In this document: piece by piece, positions 55,979 to 64,000 of the stretch
How positions within the stretch are numbered: the stretch's first letter is position 1
How the letters are laid out: every line of letters starts with the position of its first letter
Origin: Thermoanaerobaculia bacterium
GTDB lineage: Bacteria > Acidobacteriota > Thermoanaerobaculia > Multivoradales > JAIOJS01
Assembly: GCA_963806095.1 (NCBI GenBank)
Contig: CAWDWV010000005.1
Location: 64,283-128,282 of the forward strand
Direction of reading: 5' to 3'
DNA: 64,000 bases
The notes under the pieces: model-generated
What the model saw: only the letters and a program-made list of their open reading frames with translations
The model's database searches: none
What the model was told of the DNA's origin: nothing
Position numbers and translations under genes: made by a program

Positions 55979-58915
55979 TCAGAAGCGGCTGCCGATCCAG
56001 AACGTGGTCTCGAAGCCCTCGGTGAAGGTCTCGTGGAAGTCCCAGCGCTTGGCGAAGTCCCAGTTCATCTCGAGGCCGAGCAGTTGGGCGGACAAGCCCC
56101 AGCCGTACGAGGACACCGGTCCGCGCACCCGGTTCTGGAGGTCGTCGCGCGACAGCCGGCCTTCGTCGTCGTCCCAGAACTTGAAGCTCTCGTCGGCGTA
56201 GTTGAACCAGGCGGCGCCGAGGTCGAGGAAGATGCGGCCGCGGATCCCCTGGACGACCATGAAGGGGAACACCAGGGCGTCGAGGAGCGGGAAGCGCAGC
56301 TCGAGGTTGCTGTAGAAGGCGCGGTCGCCGACGAGCTCGCGGAAGTCGAAGCCGCGCACGGTGTCGAGGCCGCCGAAGTAGAAGACGTTGGGGCTCACCC
56401 CCCAGCTGGCGGCGCCGAAGAGCCGGAAGGCGAGCTCCACCCGGCGGGTGACCGGCACGTACTGGCGGAAGTCGAGTACCGCCGAGGCGCTGATCGCACC
56501 GGAGCCGGTGTTGATGGTGCCCTGCTGATCGTCGCCGCCGACGTCGGGTGCGTAGGTGCCCTCGAGGAAGTAGCGGCGGCCGGACACCGGCCCCCATTGC
56601 GCCTGCACCGTGGTGTCGCCGACGAAGCCGAGCCCGACCTCGGGATAGGTGTCGGTGCGCGGCTCGATGAACGGGATGATCTCGTTGGTTTGCGGGTCGA
56701 CGATGAAGTTCTGGAAGTCGTACTCGCGCCGCAGGTAGCCGAGCGACGCCTCGACGCGGTGGTAGAAGTCGAGGGGGTAGATGACGAAGCCGCGGGCGCC
56801 GGTCTGGCGGTAGGCCGAGCGCCGCTGCAGCCGCCCCTCCTCGGTGATGCCGACGAAGAAGGTGCGGGTGTCGAAGAGGTCGACGCCCCACTGCAGCCGC
56901 CGCGCCAGGTTGAGGTAGATGACGTTGAAGTCGGTGAAGCTCGCCACCGAGTTGAGCAGGACGAACAGCCGCTTGTCGCCCAGGTAGTCGGAGAAGGTGA
57001 GCCGCGTCTGCGACACCACCAGCTGGTCCGAGGTGACGCCGACGCCGACGTCGCCGTCCTCGAGGAACAGCTTGAAGCCGCGGTAGCGCTCCTTGTTCTC
57101 GTCGTTGATGGTGACCTGGATGTCGGGCTCGTAGCGCTGCAGCGTCGCATCCGGCGTCGGCGGCAGCGCGGCGATGTCGGGGATCGTCTCCACCAGCGCC
57201 GGCTGCTGGTCGAGGTCGCCGCGGTAGAGGTCGAAGCCGCCCTTCCAGACGCCGACGTAGACCAGGGCGCTGGTGTCGTCGACGCGCTCCACCACCTGCG
57301 GCATGAAGCAGCCGGTGACGGCGTTGGTGTGCTGCCGCACCTCGCCGTTGGTGAGGTCGACGGCGTAGACGTTCTCGAAGCCGTTGCGGTCGGAGGTGAA
57401 GAACAGCGTCTTGCCGTCCTTGGTGAAGGCGGGGTCGACGTCGCTGTACTCGCCGCGGGTGAGCTGGCGCTGGCTGCCGGGGCTGGCGAGCTCGAGACGA
57501 AACAGCTTCTGGAAGGCCCCCACCTCGGAGCTGTAGACGATGCTCTGGCCGTCGGGCGAGAACACCGGACCGCCGTCGAAGCGCGGGTCGTTGGTGAGGT
57601 TGGTGACCGTGCCGCTCTCCATGTCGAGGGTGAAGATGTCGAAGTAGCCGCCACGGTTGCCGGCGAAGGCGACGGTGCGCCCGTCGGGGCTCCACTTCGG
57701 CGCGAAAGGCTGCTGCACGTCGACGTCGATGACGCGGTCGACGCCGCCGTGGATGACGTCGACGAGCACCAGGCTGCGCCCCTTCTCGCGCTTGGCGAAG
57801 ACCGCCAGCCAGTTGCCGTCGGGCGAGAAGGCGAGGTCGGAGCCGCTGCGCCGGCGGTCGCTGATGTACTGCCCGGAGAGGTGCTGGTACTGCGTCGACC
57901 AGCCCTTGGTGAGGTTGCGCAGCGGTTGGCGCTCGCGGGTGTCGAAGAGCACCACGTCGACGTCGCCCGCGGGGGTGCCGAGCGCCGCCACCAGGTCGCC
58001 CGACGGCGACACCGCCGGCGCGAAGTACTCGGCGTCGCGCCCCTGCTGCTCGAAGAAGCGGCGGCCGAAGTAGCTCGGCTCGCCGGTCTTCACCAGCTCG
58101 GGGAGGTACTTCTCGCGCAGCCAGCGCCGGAAGTCGGCGTCGAAGTCCTCGGGCTCGATGCGGAAGGCGCGCCGCAGCGCGCGGTCGATGTTGCCGCCCA
58201 GCGTGCTGCGGTACTCGAAGAGGAAGTCGAGCACCCCCTGCGCCCCCCAGCGCGACTCCATGAAGTCGAAGACGGCGTGGCCGAAGCGGTAGGCGAGGAA
58301 GCCGCCGGAGGTGGCCTTGGTGATCTCCGGCACCAGGTCGTTGACCACCAGGTCGCGCAGGAACATCTTGTCGGAGGTCGACTCGTCCTGCGCGTAGTAG
58401 CTCGCCATGCCCTCGACCAGCCAGGTGGGCGGCTGGCTGGTGAGGCTGCGGCTCACCTTGCCGCCGAACAGCAAGTGGTACTGGAAGATGTGGGTGAGCT
58501 CGTGGAGGATCAGCTCGTGCAGCTCGGCGTCGGGGAGGTCCACCGGCAGCACCATGCGGAAGCGCACGTCGGTGGCGAAGGCGCCCACCGCCTCGGGGAT
58601 GAAGCCGAGCTGGATGTTGTTCTGCTCGAACTCGGCGTGCGTCTTGTAGAAGATCAGCGGCGTCGAGCTCTCGATCTGGTAGTCCAGCCGCCGCGACAGC
58701 TCGTCGTAGGCGCTCTCGGCGAAGGACACCACGCGCTGCAGCAGCGCCTCCTCCTCCGGGTAGTAGTACACGTCGAAGTGCGGCGAGTGGTAGATCTGCC
58801 ACTGGAAGCTCTGGTACTGGATCTTGTTCTTGCCGAACTGCGCCGCGGCGGGCGCCGGCAGCAGCACGGCGAGCAGCAGCAGCGCGACGGCGTAGTGGCG
58901 AGGACGGTGGCTCAT
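55979..58915 (-). CDS. Zincin-like (HExxH) + PD40/TolB-type beta-propeller + Omp85 (surface-antigen D15) barrel outer-membrane protein
   Basis: Signal peptide MSHRPRHYAVALLLLAVLLPAPAAAQ. LHELILHELTHIFQ (HExxH). Repeated FSPDG / WSPDG / FTSDRNG PD40 motifs. The C-terminal barrel ends ETTFWIGSRF. Two further in-frame ATGs (58930, 58945) lie in a 15-bp tandem repeat; the track ORF uses 58945. Confidence 0.8.
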   Translation of the reverse strand: MSHRPRHYAVALLLLAVLLPAPAAAQFGKNKIQYQSFQWQIYHSPHFDVYYYPEEEALLQRVVSFAESAYDELSRRLDYQIESSTPLIFYKTHAEFEQNNIQLGFIPEAVGAFATDVRFRMVLPVDLPDAELHELILHELTHIFQYHLLFGGKVSRSLTSQPPTWLVEGMASYYAQDESTSDKMFLRDLVVNDLVPEITKATSGGFLAYRFGHAVFDFMESRWGAQGVLDFLFEYRSTLGGNIDRALRRAFRIEPEDFDADFRRWLREKYLPELVKTGEPSYFGRRFFEQQGRDAEYFAPAVSPSGDLVAALGTPAGDVDVVLFDTRERQPLRNLTKGWSTQYQHLSGQYISDRRRSGSDLAFSPDGNWLAVFAKREKGRSLVLVDVIHGGVDRVIDVDVQQPFAPKWSPDGRTVAFAGNRGGYFDIFTLDMESGTVTNLTNDPRFDGGPVFSPDGQSIVYSSEVGAFQKLFRLELASPGSQRQLTRGEYSDVDPAFTKDGKTLFFTSDRNGFENVYAVDLTNGEVRQHTNAVTGCFMPQVVERVDDTSALVYVGVWKGGFDLYRGDLDQQPALVETIPDIAALPPTPDATLQRYEPDIQVTINDENKERYRGFKLFLEDGDVGVGVTSDQLVVSQTRLTFSDYLGDKRLFVLLNSVASFTDFNVIYLNLARRLQWGVDLFDTRTFFVGITEEGRLQRRSAYRQTGARGFVIYPLDFYHRVEASLGYLRREYDFQNFIVDPQTNEIIPFIEPRTDTYPEVGLGFVGDTTVQAQWGPVSGRRYFLEGTYAPDVGGDDQQGTINTGSGAISASAVLDFRQYVPVTRRVELAFRLFGAASWGVSPNVFYFGGLDTVRGFDFRELVGDRAFYSNLELRFPLLDALVFPFMVVQGIRGRIFLDLGAAWFNYADESFKFWDDDEGRLSRDDLQNRVRGPVSSYGWGLSAQLLGLEMNWDFAKRWDFHETFTEGFETTFWIGSRF

Positions 58916-58921
58916 GGCTCT

Positions 58922-58951
58922 CCCGTGCATGGTTTTCCCGTGCATGGTTTT
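58922..58951. repeat. Perfect 15-bp tandem duplication (cccgtgcatggtttt x2) at the 5' end of the Omp85-PD40 gene
   Basis: Read directly from the sequence. Each unit carries an ATG on the minus strand (MHGKT/MHGRA). Confidence 0.7.
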
Positions 58952-58970
58952 CCCTTGGCGACGTGCCGGC

Positions 58971-59693
58971 TCAAGGCGTGTAGAGGACGCGCGTGGCCTC
59001 GACTTCCTTCTGGGCGAAGATGCCGACGATGCGGTCCTCGAGGGCGAAGAGGTTCTGGAACATCCCTTCGATGGGGTCGGCGCCGGCGCCCTCGAGGGTC
59101 TTGAAGTCCTTGAAGTTGTCGCTGTAGAGCAGCTCGCCGGTCTTGCCGTCGTAGACCTGCATCAGGATGTCGAACTCGAAGCCGGTCTCCTCGACCAGTA
59201 CCTGCCGGTAGTAGGTGCGGCCGTCGTACTGCGAGGTGTACTCCTCCAGCCGGTAGCCGCTCTTGTCCTGGATGTCGAAGTCGAGGCTGCCGGCGAGCAG
59301 CAGGTCGGCGCCGGTACGCTCGCCGAGGGCGCGCCAGAAGTCGCGGTCGTGCGACAGCGCCTCGAAGTCGTCCGTCGGGTAGTCGACGCTCTCCACCTCT
59401 TCGACGTCGAGCCCGCTGTCGCGCTTGAGCACCTTGAGCAGGTAGCGCTGGAAGTCGCCCTTGACGTCGAGCTCCTTGCCGCGGAAGGTGCGCTCGCCCT
59501 CCTGCCGTACCACCTGGAAGGGCGCCACCACCAGCTTGTCGCGGCCGGTCAGGTCGAGCGCGGCGCGCACGGGGAGCTTGAGCTTGACCTGCGTGGTGCC
59601 GGCGAGGGCGGTGCCGGCGGTGAGCGGGAGGAGCAACGCGAAGGCGGCGACGGTGAACCGGCGGGGCTCACGCGTCCGGTGGGACTCAAACAT
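58971..59693 (-). CDS. Secreted hypothetical protein (240 aa)
   Basis: Signal peptide FTVAAFALLLPLTAGTALAG. Balanced composition (e.g. DFDIQDKSGYRLEEYTSQYDGRTYYRQVLVEETGFEFDILMQVYDGKTGELLYSDNF). The start overlaps the upstream stop by 8 nt. Confidence 0.6.
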   Translation of the reverse strand: MFESHRTREPRRFTVAAFALLLPLTAGTALAGTTQVKLKLPVRAALDLTGRDKLVVAPFQVVRQEGERTFRGKELDVKGDFQRYLLKVLKRDSGLDVEEVESVDYPTDDFEALSHDRDFWRALGERTGADLLLAGSLDFDIQDKSGYRLEEYTSQYDGRTYYRQVLVEETGFEFDILMQVYDGKTGELLYSDNFKDFKTLEGAGADPIEGMFQNLFALEDRIVGIFAQKEVEATRVLYTP

Positions 59694-60342
59694 GGGCGGC
59701 GACTCCCGTCAGGAGTGGGAAGGACGGGGCGGTGGGAGCAGTGGTGGCAAAGCTCGCGTCGGAGGTCTGGTTCGGCGGCGTCGGCGCCGGCTCGGGGACC
59801 AGCGGCGGGATGTCCGGGGGGCCGGTGTCCGGGCCGGCGCCCGGCGGCTCGGCGCCGCCGATCGGCAACCGCGGCGGCTGGAGCGGCGTCGGCTCGGACG
59901 GCGCCGGCGTCCCGGAGTCCGCGGCCGGCTCCGTGGCCGTCGCCGCGGGCTGCGTGGCATTCGGATTGGTCCCCTTCTCGTCGCCGCGGGCGCGGAAGGA
60001 CTCGTAGAAGCTCACGAAGCGGTCGTAGTTGGCCTTGAGCTCGTGGTCGCCCGGCGCCTGCGCCAGGCCCTGCTTGTAGTAGTCGAGCGCCTGGTCGAAC
60101 TTGCCCAGCGCCTCGCTCGCCACCGCCAGGTTGTTGAGCAGCCGCGGGCTGTTGCCGCCCTCCATCCGGTGGGCCTGCTCGAAGCGGAAGAACGCCTCGC
60201 TCCACAGGCCGATCTTGGCCATGTCGACGCCGAACTTCACCTGCGAGTCGGCGGTCTTCGGCGAGCCGTGCGCCGAGCCGCAGCCGAGCCACGGCAGGGC
60301 GAGGACAAAGGCCAGGGAGACGAGGCGCACCCGCGTCGGCAT
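59686..60342 (-). CDS. TPR-repeat lipoprotein with Pro-rich C-terminal tail
   Basis: ATG 60342. Lipobox-like LALPWLGCGS. TPR-like GLWSEAFFRFEQAHRMEGGNSPRLLNNLAVASEALGKFDQALDYYKQGL. The tail is Pro/Thr/Ala-rich. Confidence 0.7.
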   Translation of the reverse strand: MPTRVRLVSLAFVLALPWLGCGSAHGSPKTADSQVKFGVDMAKIGLWSEAFFRFEQAHRMEGGNSPRLLNNLAVASEALGKFDQALDYYKQGLAQAPGDHELKANYDRFVSFYESFRARGDEKGTNPNATQPAATATEPAADSGTPAPSEPTPLQPPRLPIGGAEPPGAGPDTGPPDIPPLVPEPAPTPPNQTSDASFATTAPTAPSFPLLTGVAAHV

Positions 60343-60578
60343 CGGCGACCCCCTTGGCGAACTGAACTTGACGAAACTGCGTGACGAACCAACGGAACCA
60401 TCCCGATGCACCGCCATCTGCAGGGAGCGCGGGCGGTCGGGAATGCTGGTGAGTATATCCACGCCCCGCGACAGTTCTTTCTGGGCGGTTCTTGGTTAGA
60501 GGGGTCGAATCGCCGCGCTCCCTCGCCGCGGCGCGTCGATCGTGAGCGACCGCGCCCTCGTTTTGCGTTTGACGCGGC

Positions 60579-61724
60579 ATGGCCCGCCGCCCCTCGCCGA
60601 CCGCTCCGGCGCTCGCCGACGCCCTCATCGCGCTGAATGCCGCGCCGATGGGGCGAGCGAGCGTCTGCCGCCTGGCCGTCGACGCCGAGGCGTGGGTCGG
60701 CGCGCCGGAAGCCGACGGGGCGCGGCTTGCCGCCGATCTCGGGATCCCGGCGGCGACGCTTGGCCGTGCCCGCGCCGCCGTGCAGGCCGCGACCGCGGTG
60801 GCCGCCGCCGAGCGCCAGGCCGCCGCCGCCCTCGGCGCCCGCATCCTCACCTGGCTCGACGACGACTACCCGGCGACGCTGCGGCACCTGCCGCTGCCGC
60901 CGCCGGTGCTCTACTGCCGTGGGACGCTGCCGGCCGCGCTGGCGAACGGCAGCGGCGCGGCGGTGGCCATCGTCGGCTCGCGGCACCCCTCCACCTACGG
61001 CCGCGAGGCGGCCTGGCTCTTCGGCCGCGACCTCGCCCGCGCCGGCGTCGTCGTCGTCTCGGGCTTCGCCCGCGGCGTCGACGCGGCGGCCCACCGCGGC
61101 GCGCTGGCGGGCGGCGGAGCCACCGTGGGCGTCATGGGCTGCGGCGTCGACGTCGCCTATCCGCGCGAGCACCACCCGCAACTGGCAGCCGAGCTGGCGG
61201 CGCAGGGAGCGCTGCTCTCCGAGCTCCCGCTGGGGGCGGCGCCGCTCAAGCTCCACTTCCCCATCCGCAACCGGCTGATCGCCGCGCTCACGCAGGCGAC
61301 GCTGGTGGTCGAGGCCGCCGTGCGCTCGGGCTCGCTGATCACCGCGCGCTACGCGCTCGAGCTCGGCCGCGAGGTGCTGGCGCTGCCGGGCCGCATCTTC
61401 GACGACAACGCCATGGGCACCAACGCGCTGCTCGCCGACGGCGCGCGGCCGGCGCTGCACCCGCGCGACGTGCTCGCGGCGCTGGCGATCGACGCACCCG
61501 AGCCGGCGCCGGGTGCGACGGAGGCGACGGATGCGCCGCCGCCGCTGCCGGGGCTCGGCGCACGGCTGTGGGAGGCGCTGCCGCCGGGCGCGACCTTCGG
61601 CGCCGACGAGCTCGCCTCGCGCTGCGCCGCCTCCATCGACGCCACCCTCGCCGAGCTGCTCGAGCTCGAGCTCGCGGGCTGGATCGCGCGGCTGCCGGGG
61701 CCAGTCTACTGCCGGCGCGGTTGA
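60579..61724 (+). CDS. dprA: DNA-processing protein DprA (Smf)
   Basis: PPVLYCRG, AIVGSRHPSTYG, VVVSGFARGVDAAAH, GVMGCGVDVAYPREH, FPIRNRLIAAL, VVEAAVRSGSLITA. Confidence 0.85.
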   Translation: MARRPSPTAPALADALIALNAAPMGRASVCRLAVDAEAWVGAPEADGARLAADLGIPAATLGRARAAVQAATAVAAAERQAAAALGARILTWLDDDYPATLRHLPLPPPVLYCRGTLPAALANGSGAAVAIVGSRHPSTYGREAAWLFGRDLARAGVVVVSGFARGVDAAAHRGALAGGGATVGVMGCGVDVAYPREHHPQLAAELAAQGALLSELPLGAAPLKLHFPIRNRLIAALTQATLVVEAAVRSGSLITARYALELGREVLALPGRIFDDNAMGTNALLADGARPALHPRDVLAALAIDAPEPAPGATEATDAPPPLPGLGARLWEALPPGATFGADELASRCAASIDATLAELLELELAGWIARLPGPVYCRRG

Positions 61725-61750
61725 ACCCGTGTGCTAGGTTGTGCGGCCGC

Positions 61751-64000
61751 ATGAAGCTCGTCATCGTCGAATCGCCTGCCAAGGCGCGCACCATCGAGAA
61801 GTTCCTCGGCAAGGACTACCGCGTCGAGGCGAGCTACGGCCACATCCGCGACCTGCCGAGCTCGGCGGCGGAGGTGCCGGCGGCGCAGCGCAAGCAGGGG
61901 TGGGCGAAGCTCGGCGTCGACACCGAGCACAATTTCGCACCGCTCTACGTGGTGCCCAAGGACAGCCAGAAACGCGTCGCCGAGCTGCGCAAGGTGGTGG
62001 GCAAGGCCGAGGAGCTGCTGCTCGCCACCGACGAAGACCGCGAAGGCGAGTCGATCAGCTGGCACCTGCTCGAGGTGCTGCAGAGCGCCTTGAAGCCGAA
62101 CGTGCCGGTGCACCGCATCGCCTTCCACGAGATCACCCGGCCTGCGATCCAGGCGGCGCTCGCCAACCCACGGCAGGTCGACGACAAGCTGGTGCGCGCG
62201 CAAGAGACGCGACGCATCCTCGACCGGCTCTACGGCTACTCGCTCTCGCCGGTGCTGTGGAAGAAGGTGCGCACCAAGCTCTCCGCCGGGCGCGTGCAGA
62301 GCGTGGCGCTGCGCCTCGTCGTCGAGCGCGAGGAAGAGCGGCAGCGCTTCCAGAGCACCGTGTACTGGGACGTCGTCGCGCAGCTCCACGCAAAAGGCAG
62401 CGGCTTCGCGGCGACGCTCACCGCGATCGCCGACCGCCGCCTCGCCAGCGGCCGCGACTTCGACCCCACGACCGGCGCGCTCGATCCTGACGCGCACGCC
62501 GTGGTGCTCGGCGAGGCGGAGGCGACACGCATCGCCGAGGCGGTGACGCGCCACTCGTGGCGGGTGAGCCGCATCGAAAAGAAGGAGGTGCGCCAGCGCC
62601 CGCTGCCGCCCTTCACCACCTCGACTCTGCAACAGGCGGCGAGCTCGCGCCTCCACATGTCGCCCAAGCAGACGATGTCGGTGGCACAGCGGCTCTACGA
62701 AGGCATCGATTTGGGCGGCGGCGAGCGTGAGGGTCTCATCACCTACATGCGTACCGACTCGGTGAACCTCGCCGAGAAGGCCCTGCACGACGCCGCCTCG
62801 CTGATCCGCGCACGTTGGGGCGCGAGCTACCACCGCGAGCACCGCTACAAGACCAAGAGCAAGGTGGCGCAGGAGGCGCACGAGGCGATCCGCCCCACCG
62901 AGATCGCGCGCACGCCGGACCAGGTCAAGGCGTTCCTCTCGCGCGAGGAGCTGGCGCTCTACACGCTGGTCTGGCAGCGCACGGTCGCCTCGCAGATGGC
63001 CGACGCGGTGCTCGATCGCACGACCGTCGATCTGACGGTCGACGTCGAGCAGACGCCGCACCTCTTCCGCGCCAGCGGCTCGATCCTCCGCTTCCCCGGC
63101 TACATGGAGGTCTGGGGCGGCGAGCGCGAGGACACGCTGCTGCCCGCGCTCGCCGAAGGCGAGGTGCTCGGCGCCGCCGCCGGCGCGGCGGGGCGCGTCG
63201 CGGGTGCCACGCCCGAGCGCCACGACACGCGTCCGCCCGGCCGCTACACCGAGGCGACGCTGATCAAGAAGCTCGAGGAGGAGGGGATCGGCCGCCCCTC
63301 GACCTACACCCCGACGCTCTCCACCATCCAGGACCGCGGCTACGTGCTCAAGAAGGGCGAGGCGCTCGTCCCCACCTACGTCGGCATGGCGGTGATCCAC
63401 CTGCTGCGCGAGCACTTCCCGCAGTACGTCGACGTCAAGTTCACGGCGCGCATGGAGGACACCCTCGACGACATCGCCCGCGGCGAGACCGACTGGATCG
63501 ACTTCCTGTCGCGCTTCTACTGGGGCGAGTCGGCCGCGGAGGCGGAGCACGACCCGCACAAGAAGGGGCTCGTGCAGCGCATCGACGAGGCGCTGCCGCA
63601 GATCGAGTACCCGGCGATCGAGGTCGGCCACGACCCCGAGACCGGCGAGCCGATCACCGTGCGCATCGGCCGCAGCTCGGTCTACGTCCAGCGCGGCGAA
63701 GGGAGCGAGGGTGACGAGAGCGGCAAGCGTGGCGACCGTGCCACGATCCCGGTGGACCTGCTCATCGACGAGCTGACGCCCGAGAAGGTGGCGGAGCTCC
63801 TCCACCACCGCACGCGCGGCGAGGAGCCGCTGGGCACGCATCCCGAGAGCGGCGACAACGTCTACGTGCGCATCGGCCCCTACGGCCCCTACGTGCAGCT
63901 CGGCGAGGGGACCGACGGCGAGAAGCCGAAGCGCATCAGCCTGCCGCCGGGCCTCAAGCCGCAGGACGTCGACCTGGCGCTGGCGCTGCGCCTCCTGTCC
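61751..64000 (+). CDS. topA: DNA topoisomerase I (5' part; runs off the window end)
   Basis: Not on the ORF track because it has no stop in the window. My translation from ATG 61751 gives MKLVIVESPAKARTIEKFLGKDYRVEASYGHIRDLP (Toprim), LLLATDEDREGESISWHL, LSAGRVQSVALRLVVEREEE and PLPPFTTSTLQQAAS (in frame at 62582). dprA-topA synteny is common. Confidence 0.9.
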   Translation, partial: MKLVIVESPAKARTIEKFLGKDYRVEASYGHIRDLPSSAAEVPAAQRKQGWAKLGVDTEHNFAPLYVVPKDSQKRVAELRKVVGKAEELLLATDEDREGESISWHLLEVLQSALKPNVPVHRIAFHEITRPAIQAALANPRQVDDKLVRAQETRRILDRLYGYSLSPVLWKKVRTKLSAGRVQSVALRLVVEREEERQRFQSTVYWDVVAQLHAKGSGFAATLTAIADRRLASGRDFDPTTGALDPDAHAVVLGEAEATRIAEAVTRHSWRVSRIEKKEVRQRPLPPFTTSTLQQAASSRLHMSPKQTMSVAQRLYEGIDLGGGEREGLITYMRTDSVNLAEKALHDAASLIRARWGASYHREHRYKTKSKVAQEAHEAIRPTEIARTPDQVKAFLSREELALYTLVWQRTVASQMADAVLDRTTVDLTVDVEQTPHLFRASGSILRFPGYMEVWGGEREDTLLPALAEGEVLGAAAGAAGRVAGATPERHDTRPPGRYTEATLIKKLEEEGIGRPSTYTPTLSTIQDRGYVLKKGEALVPTYVGMAVIHLLREHFPQYVDVKFTARMEDTLDDIARGETDWIDFLSRFYWGESAAEAEHDPHKKGLVQRIDEALPQIEYPAIEVGHDPETGEPITVRIGRSSVYVQRGEGSEGDESGKRGDRATIPVDLLIDELTPEKVAELLHHRTRGEEPLGTHPESGDNVYVRIGPYGPYVQLGEGTDGEKPKRISLPPGLKPQDVDLALALRLLS

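Overview
Very GC-rich, densely coding bacterial chromosomal segment. G+C is about 70% judged by eye, not computed. Start sites often carry GGAGG-type ribosome-binding sites, and many neighbouring genes overlap by 1-8 nt. An 839-aa duplicated FtsX/MacB 'ADOP'-type permease and the envelope-heavy gene content suggest Acidobacteriota or a related high-GC diderm lineage; this is inference only. I support about 45 genes. (1) 0.1-8.1 kb: a frameshift-riddled amidohydrolase, three outer-membrane (OM) beta-barrels, a BON protein, and a two-subunit aconitase-X whose large subunit is frame-broken. (2) 8.5-12 kb: an EAL phosphodiesterase, a receiver-MEDS regulator and a GAF/PAS histidine kinase. (3) 12-15.4 kb: two lipoproteins plus a PlpD-like patatin-POTRA-Omp85 protein. 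(4) 17-32.7 kb: an envelope lipid/glycan block with a Ser/Thr kinase, GT2, GT-C, GT2, a methyltransferase and a flippase-like protein. (5) 34.5-45 kb: the ADOP permease, an AraC + DJ-1/PfpI pair, a CheY-like receiver, an FAD oxidoreductase and two more GT-C-like membrane proteins. (6) 44.9-53 kb: purN-purM-purF and purL-purQ-purS. (7) 53-60.3 kb: an MBL hydrolase, a class II cNMP phosphodiesterase, GAF-HD-GYP, and a zincin-PD40-Omp85 operon. (8) 60.6-64 kb: dprA and a partial topA. I recognised no rRNA, tRNA, CRISPR, transposase or integrase. Most long Arg/Ala/Gly/Pro-rich ORFs on the track are off-frame or antisense shadows typical of high-GC DNA. The most unusual locus is 21.8-29.9 kb, inside block (4). 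There a membrane-inserted di-haem c-type cytochrome is translationally coupled to a 1,633-aa fusion of a GMC flavoprotein with a patatin lipase whose catalytic domain is split by a polytopic membrane block. Other items worth a second look are a PurS with a ~260-aa Ala/Lys/Pro tail and a recurrent palindromic intergenic motif. All family assignments come from motifs read by eye; no database search was run.
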